A stretch of 62,055 nucleotides of DNA, the filler included, from Globobulimina sp. (lineage: Eukaryota): the NCBI GenBank assembly GCA_003354225.1. It is 24 parts of 24 records of this genome, joined end to end, with 100 filler letters (N's around TTAATTAATTAA, not from the genome) between each part and the next. Parts side by side here need not be neighbours in the genome. Positions count along the whole stretch, not along the records: positions 44,034 to 46,522 come from PIVH01006371.1; positions 46,623 to 49,111 come from PIVH01006372.1; positions 49,212 to 51,700 come from PIVH01006373.1; positions 51,801 to 54,289 come from PIVH01006374.1; positions 54,390 to 56,878 come from PIVH01006375.1; positions 56,979 to 59,467 come from PIVH01006376.1; 18 more parts are not named here. The stretch is one strand, 5' to 3'. Positions 45,447 to 57,346 of this stretch are shown piece after piece (position 1 is the stretch's first letter; every line of letters starts with the position of its first letter). The notes under the pieces are model-generated. The model saw nothing but the letters and a program-made list of their open reading frames with translations, was not told the DNA's origin and made no database searches. Position numbers and translations under genes: made by a program.

Positions 45447-46286
45447 TTATACTGGAGAGAAATCTCGCTTTGGTGTAAGCACTAAGTTCGTGCTCAAGTC
45501 ATGTTGGAGCAGACTGACCTGACTCCGCATACTCATCTTTTTCGGTGGCGGCCTCTGTTGATGTTCAAAGAAATTGCAATGTTCATGACTCCAAAATGGA
45601 TAAACCAAATCCCGTCTGAATATTTTTGTAATTACCCATGTCTCGCAACATAAAATAGTCACTGCAGACATCAATATTCCAATGTCGCGCAACGAGCACA
45701 TAATGCCCAAGGCCACGATGAGTGTGGTGGCGCCGGCCGGGGGATGGCTGCAATTGAATAATATCATCGTGCCGCAGGTCATGGCAATGGCAAAGGAGAC
45801 GCAGCCGACGCGGGGCCACGTAATGCCTTCATCCGCATCAAAAACATGAGTATTAGTGGATAAACCAGTCATTGCTAAACCTATATAGCCCCATAAACAG
45901 CCCAAGAAATGGCCACAGATCGAGTTTCGGGGCGATGCCGGTAACTTATCCGGCACTGCAAAATGCAAAAATGCCTCTGGACCTAAGGAGGGGAAAATAA
46001 ATGGTAAGCCGGTGTAATAACCGATGACGGAGACAGTGAATATCTCAAAGCCAGGCATGACGGTATTGTATAAGACCAGTAACATAAATGGGAAGAAATT
46101 AGTTTGCCAATATGAAGGCGTCTGCAATTTGGTGGTATGGGATGGGAATCCACGTTCTAACGGACCGCCGGCTAATTGAATATGACTGCCATAGGATTGC
46201 GGGGTGCATTGTGAAGGGGTGTGGGTTGATGGAGAGTCGTCCCCAGACGGTATCAATTCAGTGTCAGGCTTGAGTTTGGTGGCCAT
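45447..46286 (-). CDS. HPP-family integral membrane protein
   Basis: PSLGPEAFLHFAVP..PASPRN..GH and SHPPAGATTL; intronless. Confidence 0.9.
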   Translation of the reverse strand: MATKLKPDTELIPSGDDSPSTHTPSQCTPQSYGSHIQLAGGPLERGFPSHTTKLQTPSYWQTNFFPFMLLVLYNTVMPGFEIFTVSVIGYYTGLPFIFPSLGPEAFLHFAVPDKLPASPRNSICGHFLGCLWGYIGLAMTGLSTNTHVFDADEGITWPRVGCVSFAIAMTCGTMILFNCSHPPAGATTLIVALGIMCSLRDIGILMSAVTILCCETWVITKIFRRDLVYPFWSHEHCNFFEHQQRPPPKKMSMRSQVSLLQHDLSTNLVLTPKRDFSPV

Positions 46287-46844
46287 GGCGGCTGTGATCG
46301 TGCATAAGCTGTTTTTTTTAGGAGTTTAAAAATTGCTAAATTATTAAGGGAAGTATATTCAACTTATTTTATACTTTGAAACCAAACTCTAAAAGCGAAT
46401 AGACCGTTGACTGCAGTGTTCAACAAAGTAAACTAAGACTAATCTAACACGTAACAAGCGCGCGACAAGCAAAAGAACGGAGGTGTCGCGACTCGCGATA
46501 CTCAAATCGCACTCTACACAAANNNNNNNNNNNNNNNNNNNNNNNNNNNNNNNNNNNNNNNNNNNNTTAATTAATTAANNNNNNNNNNNNNNNNNNNNNN
46601 NNNNNNNNNNNNNNNNNNNNNNGCTCTACTTGGCTTTGACCATGCAAACATGATTATTGGCTGCTTCGTTCACTGCCTTTAATTTAATTACATTGGCAAT
46701 GCATGCAATGTAATCGCGCAACAGTGTTTGCATACAGTATCACTTGCATTCCAGTGTGTCCCGTGTACCAGTCGGACTTCTTTTTTTGACAAAAAGAAGG
46801 TTAAACTGTTCCATCTACTGTCTATAGTCTAAAGTCAGTGCTGC

Positions 46845-46952
46845 CACTGCAGTCACAACTATTGAGCTAATTTATTGTGCTGAGAGATTAACTCCAAAAG
46901 TTGATGTCCGACCAGCACAATGAAAATTAGCTCAATAGTTGTGTCTGCAGTG
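46845..46952. repeat. Hairpin with ~38-bp arms and ~30-nt loop
   Basis: cactgcagtcacaactattgagctaatttattgtgctg pairs with cagcacaatgaaaattagctcaatagttgtgtctgcagtg. Confidence 0.9.
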
Positions 46953-47183
46953 TGTATTTCGCATACAAAGGTGCTTCAACACAAATTCTTAATATACTAT
47001 TGAAAGAATAATATTAAATTGGTACATATTCCATATTGATAAGATTTGCACATTCTGGGATAGACTTAGGTCACATTTTGTTTTGGGTAAAATTATGCTA
47101 CAACGGTTGCATGAATCAGCACGAAACCGCTCGTTACAGCTTTGAGAGAAAACTAACAAGTTCAAGTTTTTTTTTCAAATAAA

Positions 47184-48650
47184 ATGCAAAGTTGCAGTGA
47201 TGACGACGTTGATCTGGAGGAAGAAAAGTTCAATCAATACGCTGGCGCTTTATGTTGGAAGTGCACCAATTGCAAAACGATAAACAACTTTCAAATGACA
47301 GTACGCAAATACGACAACAGATGTTGTTCATGCAATAACAAATGTACGTTCAATGAAAAAGAATTATTTCCATCCAAAATTTGGAATATATGTCCGCATA
47401 ACAAACACATTGAACACACAAACTGCGATGATTGCAATGAAACAAAATTATGGAAGTGTACACATTGTCACACCATAAATGATTACACATGGTATGATTG
47501 TCAACAATGTAAATCTGACAGATTTGAAGATATAAATGTGTCAAACTTCAAACCAAATAAAACTAAGAAGAAAGTATCCTTTCCCATCACTGATACTCAG
47601 TGGATACAATTAAAACAATGTCCGTTGGGAAATATGGGCAAACCAAGCCGATTAAATGACAATTCATTAATAATTGTTGGTAAGACCCAATCAGGAGACT
47701 CAGGGCTATCATATGGTTATTATGGTATATCATATCGTTTAAACTGGATATTAAAATATAATCTATCACAGAATAAATGGAGCAGATGGTCGCATAATCC
47801 ATATTCAAATCAATTTACGATGACTGATGCGGATTATTTATCCTGTATGATACATGAAAATCGGTTATATATCAGCAATGGAATGCGTATTCCATATAAA
47901 GTTAATACAGACAATAAACAATGGAGTCAGGATATTCGCAGACCAACATGTTTCTTTTCATGCTCTTTTGACAATTCGCTTTTTTTTAATAACCAGCTGC
48001 ATATTGTTGACGGTGGCTGTCATACAGTATGGAAATGGAATGATGTGATGAATAGTTTTGTGGCTAATAAGAAACCTATGTTTAATATACATGTAAATGC
48101 AGCTCGTGCCTATGCATTGATTTATGTTAAAAGATTGAATGTGATGCTGTTATTTGCCGGCATGAGTTGGGTTGGTGGGCATGATTATTGTGATGGGATT
48201 TTAATGTATGATGTAGAGAGAGATAATTATAAATGGCAAGAGATAAAGGTTGAAATTCCGGAACGTTTACAGTTATCAGGTTATACTTTAACAGATCAAG
48301 AACAATATTTAGTGATATTAACAGGTCCAAGAATATATTTATTTGATTTGTATGAAATGGAGTTTAAACAAAGTAAAGTTTGTGTGCCAGAGCTAGCGCT
48401 TGGATTTGGGCATTGTTATTTGGTGAGTAATAGGAATGTTGAATGTGAAGAAAAGACAACTTTTGGATATTTAAGAAATGTATGGAAAGAAGCAAATCTT
48501 GTGAATGTTAATTATGTGATGGAAATGCCTTATTATTTGATAAAAATAATTGATGCGTATTATAGTTGTGAATACATTCATTTATTTGAACAAAAAACGG
48601 GAATGCAATGGAAAATACAATTGAAAGATTTATGTGTTTTTGATAATTGA
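47184..48650 (+). CDS. RanBP2-type zinc fingers + Kelch-like beta-propeller
   Basis: WKCTNCKTIN and WKCTHCHTIN..CQQC; LHIVDGG, MLLFAG, I..Y....W repeats. Confidence 0.8.
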   Translation: MQSCSDDDVDLEEEKFNQYAGALCWKCTNCKTINNFQMTVRKYDNRCCSCNNKCTFNEKELFPSKIWNICPHNKHIEHTNCDDCNETKLWKCTHCHTINDYTWYDCQQCKSDRFEDINVSNFKPNKTKKKVSFPITDTQWIQLKQCPLGNMGKPSRLNDNSLIIVGKTQSGDSGLSYGYYGISYRLNWILKYNLSQNKWSRWSHNPYSNQFTMTDADYLSCMIHENRLYISNGMRIPYKVNTDNKQWSQDIRRPTCFFSCSFDNSLFFNNQLHIVDGGCHTVWKWNDVMNSFVANKKPMFNIHVNAARAYALIYVKRLNVMLLFAGMSWVGGHDYCDGILMYDVERDNYKWQEIKVEIPERLQLSGYTLTDQEQYLVILTGPRIYLFDLYEMEFKQSKVCVPELALGFGHCYLVSNRNVECEEKTTFGYLRNVWKEANLVNVNYVMEMPYYLIKIIDAYYSCEYIHLFEQKTGMQWKIQLKDLCVFDN

Positions 48651-49211
48651 TATGTCGATCATGTTCCATTTAATTTGTCTCATCTTTATATCTGACACGT
48701 GATTTATATGTACATGCTGCATGTTTAGTGTTTACACGCTATTATGAGCATTGTAAAACAGAAAGACCTTTTTTATAACGATATATTCCAAAAGATTTGC
48801 AAGCAAAATACAAAGTTATAACAAACCCAACACAAAGCTATAGCAAACAGTTTCTGTATAAAAAGTATAACTGAATTCGAACTAATTGTAAACAACTTAT
48901 CAAACAGGTGACTTTTTAGGCTTAAACTTCTAAACACTTCTTTTGTGATTGGCAAGGTTTTTGGGTTAGCTAAAGTGGTTTTCAACCTAGTATTCGAAGT
49001 TGACCTAGGTTTCGAATTAGTTTTGTTTTATTTTAACTTATTTTATTTTGTTCATTTTGATTCGTTATATTATAATCGAGGTGTTTCGATATTTCGATTT
49101 TGATTTTGATTNNNNNNNNNNNNNNNNNNNNNNNNNNNNNNNNNNNNNNNNNNNNTTAATTAATTAANNNNNNNNNNNNNNNNNNNNNNNNNNNNNNNNN
49201 NNNNNNNNNNN

Positions 49212-50002
49212 TGATAATTGCAGATGTAATGCCAATCAACATTCCTGCGACAACATCAACAGCAAAATGTTTGTAATCCACGATTCTTGTCAATGCGATG
49301 TATACTGCGGCCATGGTTGGTATACATATAATAAATATTGATAACAATGGAATTTCTCTCAGTAAATGCCATAAACCTGCTAAGTAATAACTGTGTGGGT
49401 TGTTGCATCGCATCATGTCCTTTACTCCAATTGATTGCGCTTGATTGTAATACATATTTTGGGAGTATTTAAAAGCAGAATACATCATAATGGTTAATAA
49501 AAAAAATAAAGCCATGGGCAACGAGGAGTGTCCAGAGGCAAATGACTGTCTCGCATTATTCATCTCAAAAATATCAATTTCATCATTCTCATATTCTTTC
49601 AATGCTGCAGCAAAATATGGGCGTGGACTGCCAACAAAATGTTTGATCGCTAATGTCGAGATATCTGCAATGCCAAAACAAAAGAAAAACATTCTGTTGG
49701 TTAAAAATAAATGTTTTAACCAGGTTTTGAATGAAAAATTAGGATCAACGAATTGGAATATTACTAAATTAAATAGAAACAATAATTCGATGATACCGAA
49801 GCCACATAAAATGAAACCACCTGAACTGTGTGTTTCTGCAACATCTGGATATTGGAACATTGGGCCAGGTTCACCATCTAACATAGGAATGTATTGCTTG
49901 TTTGGTTCCGTAAGTATTGCAATGACTGCAACACCAACATAAATCATAAAAATAATAAAGCAATCTCCAATTTTGCCACATTTAGATCTTTCAAATGGAT
50001 GA
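49212..50002 (-). CDS. PAP2 lipid phosphate phosphatase (partial)
   Basis: KHFVGSPRP, SFASGHSS and TRIVDYKHFAVDVVAG are the three PAP2 motifs. Confidence 0.92.
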
Positions 50003-50511
50003 ACCTGAGTTTAGAAATAATGTTTAGAAATACAAATAATGCATCAAAATATACACTTAACTGTTTCAGGTTGAATTACGTTTGATTGCATCCCTAGGAA
50101 ACTTGGATTAAATTTAGATTTCTGTATAAGAAATAACGAAAAGGAGGCGATACCAATGTTGTGGTGGACTAGTATTTGGGTATAATGATAGGACTATCGG
50201 AGTTTAGGAGTTACGATAATGTATTTATATTTAATTATTGGTATTAATATTATCATACAATTATGATAGAAACAGCTGTAATTTTGCTAGAAAATGGAGA
50301 TATCTCATTCTGATTTCTCATAATCAATATCTTCTTTTTTCTTCTCCTGTACGTTTTACCAAAATTACAGTTTGAATTGAAAACAATTCAAAACATTTCG
50401 TTTCTTAAAGTTTTGAAGTACAAAACCCCGCATTTACCAGACGGTTGAATATTTTATTACAGTTGACAACGTTTAAAATCTTACAGCAAATTACTACTAC
50501 ACAACAAACAG

Positions 50512-51700
50512 TTAATTGTTAAATCTTTCAGTCCATGTTTTTTGAATATCTTTGTGAATAAAACAATAACAATGAATTACAGAATATGCAGTGGAAATCC
50601 ACATAAAGCCATATACAATGTAGACTGTAAATGGATTATGCATTGTTACAGACCAACTCCATAATGCGCCACCAATCAATGGTCCTACTCCACGCAATCC
50701 TGAACCAAAAGCTTGTGTTAATCCATTTGCACGACCCATTGCTTGTGGCGGCACAGAATTATTCACAAACACTAAACTCACAACAAATAAACTTGTAGAA
50801 AATGCAAATTTAAATGCACCAATAAATGAGGTCAATGCTACTATGGACATCACATTCCATTCAATAATATTTGGTATCAAGGCAATGGATGGGAAACCAA
50901 TTAAAATCACCAACATTGCAGTGCCAAATCCGATATATAATGTTTTGAGTTTAAAAGTTTTCAACAACATTGGCTGAATATACCATGTAAATATAAATAA
51001 TATAACCCCATTGTATGCACTGTAAACACCAATGGATAATGCATCCAAATGCAACGACTGTGTCAATAATAATGGTACCATTTCGTTCCAGGTCACCAAC
51101 ATAAACATCAATGCAACATTGGTGATCAATGCATGAATAATCGGTGTTTTATCAAATAAAGATTTTAATGAATCAATATCTTCAGAAGATAATAATTTCC
51201 CTTTTTCAGCTTTGTATGATTTAATTGATTCAATACCAGCATGCAATGCATTTGTGCTCATGGCATGACAGTCAATAATTGACGTTGCTGCAGTACCCCA
51301 TGCCATATTTTCCAAATCAATCAACGAATTCGTTTCATTCTCCCTATAATGTGAATAATGACTGTGTGTGCCGGTCGGTGTGGTTGCGGTTGCCGCCAAT
51401 CCATCGATTGAATACAATGGCAATGATTTGGAACATTGGTCAGGTTCATCCTTCTCCAGTTCGTCCAACGGCACATCATACACTTCAACGCCAACATCTT
51501 TAATATATATAAAAGTTAATATAAACGATGTGATGGAGATAATGCATCCAATAACACAGGGTGGTAAATATGCAAACTGTGTACGAAATATTCCGAATTG
51601 CAATATACTTTCAGCTTTCTTATAATGTGTACCATTATCATCTGAGTCCCAGGTCTGCATTAATGCGCCACCACAGAGTGAAGCTAATATCATGAAGGCA
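50512..51700 (-). CDS. MFS transporter (ZIFL-like), 5'-truncated
   Basis: YLPPC; NNSVP..MGRANGL.Q..GS..RGVGP..GGALWSWS. Confidence 0.85.
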
Positions 51701-51800
51701 NNNNNNNNNNNNNNNNNNNNNNNNNNNNNNNNNNNNNNNNNNNNTTAATTAATTAANNNNNNNNNNNNNNNNNNNNNNNNNNNNNNNNNNNNNNNNNNNN

Positions 51801-54155
51801 CACCAAAAATAAACATTTTTTCCCTGAATTTGAGGAAGCTTCGGCATTGAGTACGACTGCCAAATCGAAGATATTTCTGTATAAACAAAAATCGAAACAA
51901 AAATCCAAACGGAAAAAAAAAGGCAAAAAATCCAAATTCAAAAAATTATTCAAAAACAAAGGCAAAAAATTAACTGAAGACGTTGAAGATGACGCTTTTT
52001 ACGAAAAGGGCTCATTAAAAGATGTGGCCAACACACAAAACCAAAGCACAAATAACAAGGACGCAGAGAACCAGAATGAAGATGAGGCATCGGATGGATC
52101 TGACTCTTATGAGCTATCTGAAAATGAACCATCTATGCTGAGCATACCGGAGAACGACGACCACATTGAAACGCTAATTGGACGCGGCGACTATGAACCC
52201 TCCGTATCCTCTCATTTAGCACCGCATTGGACACCACATGCCACCGCCACCACCTCCGGCCATCACAACAGAGAATTTTCACACAATCAAGGTGAATCTG
52301 GCTATGCTGACAATGATAGCGATTCGGATGAAATCCAAGACACAAACAATCAGCAACTACTATCCCCCAAAAACAGCAAGTTATTAGACGGCGACCTAAC
52401 ACCTCCAGTTTCCGACTCTGATGTCCCTGTGTCGCCATATTACGATGATACGCCGTTAATGGATGGGAAAGGGTCCTCGGAAACCTTCGACTATTCACCT
52501 CCATCCAGTCCCACCGGTATACAATATACAGCAAACACACTTTTTTTTTGCAAAAACACATATAAAAATTAACATAATGCTAAGCTGGCAAATTAAAATT
52601 GCGGCCTACCAACAGTCTGAATATGGGCAACGTTTTGGATGAATTGGAACGAGAGCAGCAAGAACGGAGAGAGGAAGAGGACTTTGGCGACGATGATGAA
52701 GAGCTAATTGAAAACAAAAAGCCTGCGCCGCCCAGCCGGCAGTCGAGTTTATTGCGAGCCATACCGGAATACGAAGACACCGACGAAGATACGAGCGCCA
52801 ATGACGTGGACGCGGCCACTGCCTATGCCCATATGCGGAACCTATCCACGCATATCGAAGACCAGGAATACCGGCCACTGACTCCGCCCATCACGCCGCC
52901 CGATACTGACGATTACATTGACCTCACCTCCATCATTCACGGCAATCTAACCATAAACATCCAGCGCAATGGGTCGCAGTATGACCAACCTGGCAATAAT
53001 CGCGTGCCTACGCCACCGCCCATATCGCCGAGGTATAAGAAGATGGCGCCGCATAAACGACGGCTAAGTGACAAATTGGATAAGTTTTTAACTGAACGCA
53101 CCGGCGCTCAGCAATTAGTACAGAAACAAATATTGTACACCACGCCTGAACAGGATATAGAAGCGTTGAAAGAGAAGATTCAGATCAAGCGGGACGAGAG
53201 GGATAAGATAAAAAAACGGTTAAAACGGAAATTATCGCATGATTTCAGGCCGAGCGAGAAGGATATTGAAGATCGAGGGATTAAGATTGTACCGGAGGTG
53301 ATACTGAGCGATGAGGAAGACTTCGAAGAAGAAATTATTGTATACGATAACGTAAATGATAGGAATTCGTTTTCGTTACAAAAAAAGAAATCGGTTTTGG
53401 CATTGAAGAAAAAGATGGATCTCGATTCCGGTGATTATGCCATGGCGCTACAAAATGAACGACAAAGGAATAGCGAAAAGATAAAAGAAGCGTTGGTTGA
53501 ACGGCCCACTCCGTCCGATATGATTGAAAAAGGCTACATTTCGGCGGCGAATATAAATAATGATATTCCTCCGATGAATAACCGCGACTTAATCGATAGA
53601 TTGAGGGCAGAGTTGAAATTAGAGATTATTGATAATAATAATTATAAAATAGAAAAAGAGAAAGTTATTTTTCGGCGAAAACGGAGACATAAAATATTAA
53701 GCTTTTATGACAATTATTTGTTTAATTATATATTTGATGATGATACGTATCCGGTGACTGAGCAGTATGTTGATATTGATATGGATTATCAGCAAATATT
53801 GGATTTTGTGCAAAATGATTTGCCGATCAATTCGCAAGAGATCAGTTTGGAGAAAGAGTGGATGAGAAATTTAAGGAAAAGGAAATTTCGAACTTATATA
53901 AATAAAAATAAATGTAAAATGAAGCAAATGAAAAGAAATATGATTAAACATGAACTAAATGAAGTAAATCAACAATTAATGCTTGTTGAAAATACGCAGA
54001 AAATTGATCAAATGGCTGATGAAGTGAATAGATTAGAAATGAAGAGAGTGGTTTTAATCGAAAATACTAGCAAACAAATTGATGCCTTACGGGGTGTTAT
54101 TAAAAATTTAAATAAATTGCATACAAAAAAGAACGGTTTTATATCGGTGTCGTAA
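51801..54155 (+). CDS. RPEL-repeat protein with C-terminal coiled coil, 5'-truncated, intron 52517..52584
   Basis: LDKFLTERTGAQQLVQKQIL, LKRKLSHDFRPSEKDIEDRGI and IKEALVERPTPSDMIEKGYI. A 68-nt GT-AG intron joins the ORFs in frame. Confidence 0.75.
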
Positions 54156-54390
54156 TTGTTTTGTGTATATCAATAACTAGTGTAGAGATGGTGGAAACTG
54201 GTGTGGAAACAGCATGGCAAGTGTACCCCAATTGTTCTTTTTTGGGAATCACAAGGGCAATATAGCGCTCCTATTGTTCCCGTTTTGGGNNNNNNNNNNN
54301 NNNNNNNNNNNNNNNNNNNNNNNNNNNNNNNNNTTAATTAATTAANNNNNNNNNNNNNNNNNNNNNNNNNNNNNNNNNNNNNNNNNNNNT

Positions 54391-54666
54391 TTATCTGCCC
54401 AATCAAAAGATTTAATTTCTAAATTTTTAAAACCAAAAGCTACGAAAAGATTAGGTGTCATTAAAGGCGGCGCTAAGTTAATTAGAGAACATCCTTGGTT
54501 TAAAGATTTCGATTGGGTGTCATTGGAGAATCAATCATTAAAACCGCCAATCAAAAATAAAGTAAAAGGACATAATGATTTATCAAATTTTGATCATTTT
54601 CAAGAAAAAATTGAAGATGTAACATATAAAGGCAATCCTGATCATGGATGGGATGAGGATTTCTAA
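54391..54666 (+). CDS. AGC kinase (PKG/PKA-like) C-terminal fragment
   Basis: Translation by eye: KDLISKFL..TKRLGVIKGGAKLIREHPWFKDFDW..KPP..DLSNFD..GWDEDF*. Confidence 0.9.
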   Translation, partial: LSAQSKDLISKFLKPKATKRLGVIKGGAKLIREHPWFKDFDWVSLENQSLKPPIKNKVKGHNDLSNFDHFQEKIEDVTYKGNPDHGWDEDF

Positions 54667-54785
54667 ACTAAACCCGAACTCACGCAAATCAACAAAACTA
54701 TTTTCCTTTTTTTATTTAATAATTATTTTAATTTGCAAAATTCATATGATATGTATCCTGATTTTCCTCTTGTTAAATCATATTA

Positions 54786-54928
54786 AGATACAATGATGAA
54801 ACCAATGAGCTCAATGTCAATGATATTGACGATACAGTCATAAATATTTGCAACAGTTTGATAATGAATAACATAGCTTTGCAAAATATGACTACAATAA
54901 ATGTTTTGTTGCGATATTGGGAATCGGA
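54786..54928 (+). pseudogene. Internally deleted duplicate of parts of the 55703..56878 gene
   Basis: Matches 56207..56297, then ~56774..56798, then ~56820..56847, with substitutions. Confidence 0.85.
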
Positions 54929-54963
54929 TAAATGTTTTTTTTGTGAAAGGTTGTTAGTAACGA

Positions 54964-55539
54964 ATGTCTCTTCGTAGCAAAACAATGGCCATGGTGTTGG
55001 GTGCAGGGGCTGCTATCACGTCCTATTTATTTTATTGCTATTTGTATAACAGCTGCAGAGAAGAAGCATTGGTTGGTGAAGATCGTGGAGACCGTGAATA
55101 TCCTCTCGACGAAGACCATCCAATTGTGAAACTTTTCACAGAAAATAAGTCTATCAGAGATGTTGTTGCTGACATTCAAGAAACATATACCATGAATTCA
55201 ATGAAAGGGGTTTTATATTACAACAAATTAATTGATGATGATGATTACGAAGCATATAGATATTTGCATAAAGTTATCCGCGATTATTTTGGATTTGAGA
55301 TGTTCCCTAAAAAATACATCTATCACCAACATGAATTTGATATTTTCCAATTATGTAAACATCAGTCATGTGAAATTTTATTCAGTTTCGGGTCACCATC
55401 TGATTATCAATTGGTTGAGCAATATTTATTGGAAAATGATAAAGAAATACATATCGCATCGACCATCAAAATCAAAATTACTCAATTTCACCCTTTTTTT
55501 ATTCAACGTATAGAATCAGAAAAGAATGGTTTTTTTTAG
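54964..55539 (+). CDS. Hypothetical protein with N-terminal membrane anchor
   Basis: 191-aa ORF with a hydrophobic N-terminus. Confidence 0.6.
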   Translation: MSLRSKTMAMVLGAGAAITSYLFYCYLYNSCREEALVGEDRGDREYPLDEDHPIVKLFTENKSIRDVVADIQETYTMNSMKGVLYYNKLIDDDDYEAYRYLHKVIRDYFGFEMFPKKYIYHQHEFDIFQLCKHQSCEILFSFGSPSDYQLVEQYLLENDKEIHIASTIKIKITQFHPFFIQRIESEKNGFF

Positions 55540-55726
55540 TGGGTATTGCTACACAGAAACGGTTTGCTTCTGACGCTAAAAAAATAATAGTATTTTCTCC
55601 GTAATTTGTGGTGAATTTTCCGATTTTAACTAAATTCGTTAATCGTTTCTCAGAAACAATAATAATTTTGTTGTAGAAATACTGCTGTCACCATGCCATG
55701 AAGTGACCAACTCAATTAACTTTGTG

Positions 55727-56878
55727 ATGATGCGAGTACTAATCCGGTCAAATCAATGCTTTACCACCAGACTTAACACACGTTTATCATATTATACATG
55801 TTTATATTGTGCCCTGTCAACACAAAACGAGAGATACAATTTATTGAACGCATCATCCGGCATAATTGAATTGCATACAAATTGGAAATCATTGCATGAA
55901 CCATACAAATATCCATTATTCCGTGAATATTGCAAAATGATTCAAATGTTATCCAAATTCCAGAAATTTTCTGAAATTTCAGTGGTTTATGAACAACTGT
56001 TAAATCATATTAGTTTCCCACCGCAAAACATTAAAAAATGGAGAGATTTTGATATTTCCATTCATCCCATGAATGTTACGCACATTATGCGTTGTGCGAA
56101 AATTGCAAATGACTGGAATACAATGTATCAATTCATGCAGATTTATATCAAAAATGGTTGGAAATTCAATAAAGTCTCAGCACGGTTTGCATTGGAATGT
56201 TGCTGGAGATACAAGGATGAGACCAATGAGCTCAATGTCAATGATATTGAAGATACAGTGACAAATATTTGGAACAGTTTGATAATGAATAACATGGCCG
56301 ATGAGTACTGTTTTATTCATTTATTATTGAACGTAAAGAAACAGTTTATAAATATAAACAAAATAAACTCACTGCTTTTGCAAATATTAAATGATATAAA
56401 AAAGTCATTTCCCACACAAACAATTACAAATAAATCGTTATATATGGTAATATTTGATGAAATGCTACAAATTTCAGATAAACATAACTTGAATGATATC
56501 ACTATTAAAATTGCTCAACAAATATTACAACCGATTGGATCAAATTTGTTTTTATCGTTTTCCACTTCCAATGTTATACAGTTATTAATTTGTGTACAAA
56601 AACATTTGTTTTTATAGTTTATTGATAAATTTTCTTTTTATTTTAGATATGTTCGTTATGGTAAGATTCCATTGAGATTAATTGTGAAATTATTACATTT
56701 TTATGATAGTAGCACAAATATTGAAGGCACATTGCAATTATTTGAAGTTATGAAGAGATTTCGAAGTTTGTCATTGCAAAATATGAATACAATAAATGAG
56801 AAGAAAGAGAATAATAACAATGTTTTGTTGCGATATTGGGAATCGGAGATATTTAATGACGACATATTGCCTATATTT
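55727..56878 (+). CDS. Helical-repeat (possibly PPR-like) protein with putative mitochondrial presequence, 3'-truncated
   Basis: Arg/Ser/Thr-rich N-terminus without acidic residues; probable intron ending at 56646. The PPR resemblance is weak. Confidence 0.45.
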
Positions 56879-56978
56879 NNNNNNNNNNNNNNNNNNNNNN
56901 NNNNNNNNNNNNNNNNNNNNNNTTAATTAATTAANNNNNNNNNNNNNNNNNNNNNNNNNNNNNNNNNNNNNNNNNNNN

Positions 56979-57233
56979 ATGATATACGTTGGATATTTGA
57001 CGTATTTTATTGACGGCATTCATAATATTCGGGATCAGACTCATCAAACCTTTGCCAAATAACTGTGGATCACTCATCAAACCTTGCAATTCCTTTGAGG
57101 ACATTGATAAAGACTGCGGTTTGACTGCGTCGTGTTTGATAAACAAATCTTTAACATCTCCCAATCCATTTTCATTGATCCACGCATCGAAATTGAATGC
57201 GGTGCCTTCACCTTCATTACTTGTGTTCAGCAT
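56979..57233 (-). CDS. SAM-like N-terminal fragment
   Basis: FDAWINENGLGDVKDLFIKH. Confidence 0.45.
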
Positions 57234-57346
57234 GTTTAACAACTCAAAGTTTTGGGTTTCTGCGGATTGGACAGTGTTGTTTTTATATCATAGGAACCAA
57301 AACAACAAAAGAACAGCCAGCTAAGCTTATAATTATTGTATTAAAA

